Assembly (NCBI GenBank): GCA_038851755.1
Contig: JAWCKR010000017.1
Coordinates: forward strand, 1 to 29,873
Length of the DNA: 29,873 nt
Origin: Candidatus Hadarchaeales archaeon
GTDB lineage: Archaea; Hadarchaeota; Hadarchaeia; Hadarchaeales; WYZ-LMO6
Direction: 5' to 3'
Numbering within the stretch: position 1 is the first letter of the stretch; each line of letters opens with the position of its first letter. The position numbers were made by a program, and so were the translations under genes. The notes under the pieces were generated by a model that saw only the letters and a list, made by a program, of their open reading frames with translations, searched no databases and was not told the origin of the DNA. Shown one piece after another: positions 25,136 through 29,873 of this stretch.

Positions 25136-26639
25136 AGTTTATCACCGAAGGATGGTTCTTCTGCAGGTCTATCACCGTCACCTTCCCCGGAGTGGGGATG
25201 ATACCCCTCTCCCTCATGTAGCTCGTCATCCCCTGGAAGGTCCCGGAATTGACGGCCCAGACCCCCTTGTACTTTTTGAGCCCAGAGATGTGGATGTGCC
25301 CGCAGTGGAGCACATCAGGCACCTCGTCTATGACCAGGAAATCCCTCTCCTCCGGTACTACCGCCACCTTTCCCCCGTACATGGGCGCCAAGTGCCTCCC
25401 CTTCAGGAGCCTTATCATCATGGAGGAAACCTCGTTCCTGCCGGTCCCAGGCAGGGTGGAAGCCAAATCATCGAAACTCCTTCCGTGATAAATCAAAAAC
25501 TTCACCCCGTGGAGGGAGACCCAGGCGGGGTTCCCCACCATCACCGAGTTCAGGTCGTAGAGTTTCCCGCCCACTTCTGGAGGAATAGCAGGCTGGGGCT
25601 CGGAGGGTCTGACCGCATCGTGGTTCCCGGGCGAGAGGATGAGCGTTATGTAATCCGGCACCCTCTCCAGCAGCCTCGCCACCTCCTCGTACTGCTGGAA
25701 GATGTCGTGGAGGTAGAGTTCCTCCTCCTGCTGGGGATAAATCCCTATCCCGTCCACGAGGTCCCCCGCCAGCACGAGGTACTTCGTCCTGCTCGCCAAG
25801 TCCCTGTGCTCTTCCTTCCCCACCTTTCCCTCCAGCCAGCTCAGGAACTTTTCAAAGGTCTCCCGAAGGAACATCTTGCTCCCCACGTGCAGGTCCGAGA
25901 TGAGGACGGCACAAACAGGCTCCTCTGCTCTCGCGGGAGCAGCCCGTACGGGGAGGTCGGGCCACGCTATTTCCCGAGCCACTATCCTGGGGAATTTGTC
26001 ACCGGAACGTACCGTGCCCTCTACTCCTATCACCTCGTCCGGTATCACCTCCGCCGCCTTCTCCAGGAGCTCTTCGCTCTTTCCCCTGAAAATCCAGACC
26101 GCCGCCTGTCCCGTGGGATCCTCCAGCTTTATGAGGAGGTGTCCCCCCGGGGTCTCCCTCTTCTCCGCCACCATCCCCACCACCCTCACCAGCTCTCCCT
26201 CCTCCATATTCTTCAGCTCCTTCAGGGGCAGGGGATCCGCGTAGTCGCTCCTCTCCCTGAAGAGATCCTTCAGCCTCTGGTACCTGTCCAGGAAGAGGTT
26301 GAGGAAGTCCCTCACCTCCCCCCTGCTGTAGCTCTTGCCCGTGACATCCCTCAACACCTCCACTTTGGCCTCCACCTCCGCCGCCAGGGGTTTGAAGCTG
26401 GTGTGAGAGAGCTCCGCGTGGGAGGATTCCCTCCTCTCCTCCACCTGGACCTTGGGGACGGGCTCCAGGACCCTCCTCACGAGCTCCTGGGTGACTATGA
26501 ACTCCTTCCCCCTCAGGGCACCAAGCACCTTCTCAGCCTCCTCCTCCCCCCTCTCCTCCAGCAGCTGGAGGGCCTCGGGGGTGAGGCACATCTGCGCTTC
26601 CTGGAATTTTTTCACCAGGCTTCCCCCGTCCATTCCCAT
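25128..26639 (-). CDS. polB: DNA polymerase D small subunit DP1 (proofreading exonuclease)
   Basis: OB fold (LEDPTG), SDLHVGS, AGDLVDG.GIYP.Q, PGNHD, YHGRS, GHIH, NSGTFQ. Confidence 0.96.
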   Translation of the reverse strand: MGMDGGSLVKKFQEAQMCLTPEALQLLEERGEEEAEKVLGALRGKEFIVTQELVRRVLEPVPKVQVEERRESSHAELSHTSFKPLAAEVEAKVEVLRDVTGKSYSRGEVRDFLNLFLDRYQRLKDLFRERSDYADPLPLKELKNMEEGELVRVVGMVAEKRETPGGHLLIKLEDPTGQAAVWIFRGKSEELLEKAAEVIPDEVIGVEGTVRSGDKFPRIVAREIAWPDLPVRAAPARAEEPVCAVLISDLHVGSKMFLRETFEKFLSWLEGKVGKEEHRDLASRTKYLVLAGDLVDGIGIYPQQEEELYLHDIFQQYEEVARLLERVPDYITLILSPGNHDAVRPSEPQPAIPPEVGGKLYDLNSVMVGNPAWVSLHGVKFLIYHGRSFDDLASTLPGTGRNEVSSMMIRLLKGRHLAPMYGGKVAVVPEERDFLVIDEVPDVLHCGHIHISGLKKYKGVWAVNSGTFQGMTSYMRERGIIPTPGKVTVIDLQKNHPSVINFA

Positions 26640-26642
26640 CCC

Positions 26643-27878
26643 CTAGAAGAGCTTCACCTGGCGGGGGAGGGACAGGGTGGGGGGGAGGAACACCGTGTCG
26701 TCCCCCTCCAGGATTTTCCTGAGCTGCTGGATGGAGAGGTTGAGGGAAATCTCCTTGGTCCTCCCGTACCTGCCGCTGCTGAGGATCCTGGCATTTATCA
26801 CGCCCAGCATCTCGAGCTCGGAGAGGAGGTCGCTTACCCTGCGGGGGGTGAGGGGATCCACACCTTTCTGGAGGACCACCCTGCGATAGGCCTCGTAAAC
26901 CTCCCCCGTGGTCATCCTCTCCGCACCCTTCTCCGCCAGGAGCAGGAGGCTGAAGAGCAGGAGCTTTGACTGACCGGGGAGGGTGCGTACGAGCTCCGCC
27001 ATCTTGTCCTCCTCCAGCTTCTCGTAGGCCCTCCTGACGTGCTCGAGCGTGACTTCGGTCGCTCCTTCCTGCTCCGACAGCTCACCCGCCACCCTCAGCA
27101 GATCCAGCGCCCTTCTGGCGTCACCGTGCTCCCTGGCCGCGTGAGCCGCACAGAGGGAGAGGACACCCTCCTCCAGGACACCGGGCTGGAAGGCCTCCAA
27201 GGCCCTCTCCTCCAGGATATCCTTCAGCTGCAAAGCATCGTAGGGGGGGAATACCAGCTCCTCCTCACCCAGGCTGCTCCTCACGCGCGGGTCCAGGTAG
27301 TGGGTGAACCTGGCGTCGTTGGAAATCCCTATCACGCTCACCTTCGCCCTCTCCAGCTCCGAGTTCACCCTGGTGAGGTCGTAGAGCACTTCGTCTCCTT
27401 TCTTCACCACCATTCGGTCCACCTCGTCCATCACTATGATGAGCACTCTTTCCTCCGAGTCCACCACCCTCAGGAAGGTCTCGTACAGCACGTCTATGGG
27501 CCAACCGGTAGTGGGAACGGGAGAGGTCTCACTCAAGAGGGAATTGGTGAGGGTGGCCAGCACGCGGTACCTGGTGTTCACCCTCTCGCAGTTCAGGTAA
27601 ATCCCCCTTATCCCGCGGTTCAACTTCTTTCCCATCCTCTCCAGCTCCCCTAACACGTACCTCACAGTGGCGGTCTTACCCGTCCCCGTCTTTCCGTAAA
27701 TGAAGACGTTGGAGGGGGTCTCCCCTCTCAGAGGGAAGGAGAGAATCCTCGCCAGCCTCTCGATCTGCTCCTCCCTGTGCGGTAGCCTCTCCGGCAGGTA
27801 GCTGGGCCGGAGAAGCTCACGGTTTCTGAAGATCTGGCTTCTCTCCATCCATTTCCCGAAGAGTTCTCCTTCCCTCAT
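26643..27878 (-). CDS. cdc6: Orc1/Cdc6 replication initiation protein
   Basis: LPHREEQI, GKTGTGKT, DEVD, GDARRALDLLR, winged helix with GRYGRT. Confidence 0.96.
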   Translation of the reverse strand: MREGELFGKWMERSQIFRNRELLRPSYLPERLPHREEQIERLARILSFPLRGETPSNVFIYGKTGTGKTATVRYVLGELERMGKKLNRGIRGIYLNCERVNTRYRVLATLTNSLLSETSPVPTTGWPIDVLYETFLRVVDSEERVLIIVMDEVDRMVVKKGDEVLYDLTRVNSELERAKVSVIGISNDARFTHYLDPRVRSSLGEEELVFPPYDALQLKDILEERALEAFQPGVLEEGVLSLCAAHAAREHGDARRALDLLRVAGELSEQEGATEVTLEHVRRAYEKLEEDKMAELVRTLPGQSKLLLFSLLLLAEKGAERMTTGEVYEAYRRVVLQKGVDPLTPRRVSDLLSELEMLGVINARILSSGRYGRTKEISLNLSIQQLRKILEGDDTVFLPPTLSLPRQVKLF

Positions 27879-28344
27879 TTTCCCCCACCTTCAACCTCCT
27901 GGTCATCCACCTTCTCCATTCCTCTATCCCCCCGCTCAGCTCCTCCAGGAGCACCCTTTCCTCCGGCAAAGCCCCCTTGGCCTGGGAAGGAAAGAGGGAC
28001 AAGCGCACGAGCTTCTGCAGACGCAGCTCCAGAAAATCCTCCACAGCCTTCTTGAGGTCTTCCAAGCTCTCTTCTCCTTTGCTCCTGAGGTACTCCATCT
28101 CCTCCGCCAGCAACACGTAGAAACCCTGGGGGAGGGGCTGGAGCCCCGGCTGCCTTCCCTCCGAGAGCAGGAGCTTCCTCACGGCAGCCAGCCCCACCTG
28201 CTCAAGGGGCTCCACCAGCTCGTGCTTCCTCAGCACCCTCAGCTGCCAGTGCTCCAGCTCCACCCTCTCCCCCTCTCTCCAGGAAGAGACGCCCTCGCCG
28301 AGATCGACCTCAAAATCTCTCTTGATCGTGCAGGGAACCTTCAT
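27817..28344 (-). CDS. GINS complex subunit Gins23
   Basis: N-terminal B domain (GERVELEHW), LQPLPQGFY, LRLQKLVRL, LPEE; coupled to mcm. Confidence 0.75.
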   Translation of the reverse strand: MKVPCTIKRDFEVDLGEGVSSWREGERVELEHWQLRVLRKHELVEPLEQVGLAAVRKLLLSEGRQPGLQPLPQGFYVLLAEEMEYLRSKGEESLEDLKKAVEDFLELRLQKLVRLSLFPSQAKGALPEERVLLEELSGGIEEWRRWMTRRLKVGENEGRRTLREMDGEKPDLQKP

Positions 28345-29873
28345 CCCTTCATCACCCTCGTCACGTACCCGGTTTTGGGCTCGTAGAGGAAACCCTCTTT
28401 TTTCTCTTCCTCTATCACCCTGAGGACAAAGTCTTCTCCTATCCCCTCCTCCTTCGCCCTGCGCACAATCTCTTCTATCGGGGCCATGCCCCCGTGCTTG
28501 TTCTCCACCTCCCCTATGAGGTCCGTCACCCTCTGGATCTTGTCCCTCTGGCTCTTTGGCTTCCCCGTGAGGATGGTGTCCACATCTATCTTCCCCGTGG
28601 CGGTGTCAACACCCGCCTCCTGCAGGTACTTGGAGATGAGTTCTATGCCCCTGCTCGCATCTTCCTCCGTCACCTCCTCCCTGAAGTGCATTCTGGCGCT
28701 GGCCTTGGCAAGCCTTATGATGGACTCGAGTTGCCTGGGCGTGATGGGTACCGGTTCGCCCCTCTCCGCCACGCTCCTGTACCTGACGTAAAACTCCTCC
28801 ATCTTCTTTATCACCTTCTCATCCTTCAGCTTGGGGTGAATGTGCTTCCTGGCGTAGATGATCAACTTCCGCAACATTTCCGAGTCTATGGGGGGTTTGG
28901 CTATCTCCGGCTTCCTGTGGAGTTCCAGCATGTGCTTTGCAATCTTCTTATCCGTCTCTCCGTGGGGCTCGTCCCTTATGATGAAGATGAGGTCGAACCT
29001 CGACAGGATCACGGGCTCCAGACCTATCTGCTGAATCAGGTTGCGGTTCCGATCCAGTCTTCCCATCTTGGGATTGGAAGCCGCAAGCACGGAGGTCCTG
29101 GAGTTGAGGGTTGCCACTATCCCCGCCTTGGCCACGGAAATCGTCTGCTGCTCCAGTGCCTCCAGGATGGCGCTCCTGTCCTCCTCCGCCATCTTGTCAA
29201 ACTCGTCTATGCAAGCCACGCCCCCATCGGCTATCACCAGCGCTCCGGCCTCCAGCGTCCATCCTCCACCCAGGTCATCCCTGACCGCTGTGGCCGTGAG
29301 ACCCGCTCCTGTGGCCTTCTTTCCGGAGGTGTAAAGTCCCCTAGGAGCCACGTTGGCCGTCCAGGAGAGAATCATGCTCTTCGCCACGCCTGGATCTCCC
29401 GTCAAGAGGATGTGGATGTCCCCCCTTATCCTGGTCCTGTCGGGGAGCTCGAGCGGATCACAGCCAAAAAGCATGAGGGCTATTCCTTCCTTGACAGCCT
29501 CATAACCGTGCACGCTCGGTGCCACGGACTTGATGACATTGTTGTAGAACCAGGGATCCTTAATCAACTCCTTTATCTTTTTCTCGTCCTCCTCCGTGAG
29601 TTCGGTCTCCTCCACCCCCTTCTGCAGCACCTCCAAATAGGAGACGTAAAGCACTTTCCTGAAGGTTTTCATCTTCTTCTGCTTGAAGCTCTCCTGGAAG
29701 ACCTCCAGAATCCCGCTCATCACCACATGGTTCCCTGGGACCGCTATGTCGACTAGGTCGTCCCTCACGATACAATCCAACATCATGGGCATGCGTCCTC
29801 CCCTCAGCTCCTCGTGCCTTTCTTGAACCCTGAGGCTCTGCCAGTCCCTGAACTCCGACTTCTCCACCTCCAG
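28341..29873 (-). CDS. mcm: MCM replicative helicase, 5'-truncated by the window edge
   Basis: GDPGVAKS, GLTATAVRD, LEAGALV.AD.G, IDEFDKM, EQQTISVAKAG, SRFD, ITPRQLE; the frame stays open to the window end. Confidence 0.97.
   Translation of the reverse strand: MEVEKSEFRDWQSLRVQERHEELRGGRMPMMLDCIVRDDLVDIAVPGNHVVMSGILEVFQESFKQKKMKTFRKVLYVSYLEVLQKGVEETELTEEDEKKIKELIKDPWFYNNVIKSVAPSVHGYEAVKEGIALMLFGCDPLELPDRTRIRGDIHILLTGDPGVAKSMILSWTANVAPRGLYTSGKKATGAGLTATAVRDDLGGGWTLEAGALVIADGGVACIDEFDKMAEEDRSAILEALEQQTISVAKAGIVATLNSRTSVLAASNPKMGRLDRNRNLIQQIGLEPVILSRFDLIFIIRDEPHGETDKKIAKHMLELHRKPEIAKPPIDSEMLRKLIIYARKHIHPKLKDEKVIKKMEEFYVRYRSVAERGEPVPITPRQLESIIRLAKASARMHFREEVTEEDASRGIELISKYLQEAGVDTATGKIDVDTILTGKPKSQRDKIQRVTDLIGEVENKHGGMAPIEEIVRRAKEEGIGEDFVLRVIEEEKKEGFLYEPKTGYVTRVMKG

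Noticed and set aside
186-29775. Many long alternative-frame and antisense ORFs (e.g. 25152-26969 +, 21549-23093 +, 11625-12914 +, 28494-29756 +, 19167-20138 +)
   Set aside because: They are shadows of motif-verified genes in high-GC DNA, with skewed low-complexity composition and no recognisable domains.
20949-29873. Inteins in DP2, Cdc6 or MCM
   Set aside because: Lengths are normal and the catalytic motifs are contiguous in the visible portions.
1-29873. CRISPR arrays, IS elements, tandem repeats
   Set aside because: None seen by eye; the recurring CCTCCT/CTCC strings are Glu/Arg/Gly codon bias on the minus strand.

Overview
High-GC, gene-dense archaeal chromosomal segment from a probable thermophile with a euryarchaeal-type gene set (PolD, Cdc6/Orc1, two GINS, NreA). 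A Hadarchaea-like lineage is my guess from composition and synteny only. It is mostly core genome. Left end: 5' end of a probable Hsp20 gene, a C/D-box sRNA candidate, a stand-alone FMN glutamate-synthase-family gene and nadE. Then an 11-kb minus-strand information-processing run (phoU, dph2, csl4, small ORF, rpoL, DUF99, signal peptidase, tfs, OB-fold protein, pcna, priL, priS, gins51, rpl44e, rps27e, aIF2-alpha, nop10, PAC2, RHH regulator) and a plus-strand pit-DUF47-nreA-SPL-like radical SAM unit. Next come a CinA-like gene, a lower-GC islet with a 42-aa class III signal peptide ORF, tRNA-Thr(CGT), a radical SAM gene whose stop codon lies inside that tRNA, an H/ACA-like K-turn hairpin RNA candidate, tRNA-Ser(CGA) and a V4R protein. 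The right end is a coupled mcm-gins23-cdc6-DP1-HAD-DP2 operon. No CRISPR, transposase, integrase or intein was seen, and I cannot demonstrate a wholly new multi-gene system. The best leads are the two unannotated guide-RNA-like elements, nop10 lacking a canonical start codon, the CDS/tRNA overlap, the NreA + radical SAM module coupled to phosphate uptake, and the HAD gene between the PolD subunits.
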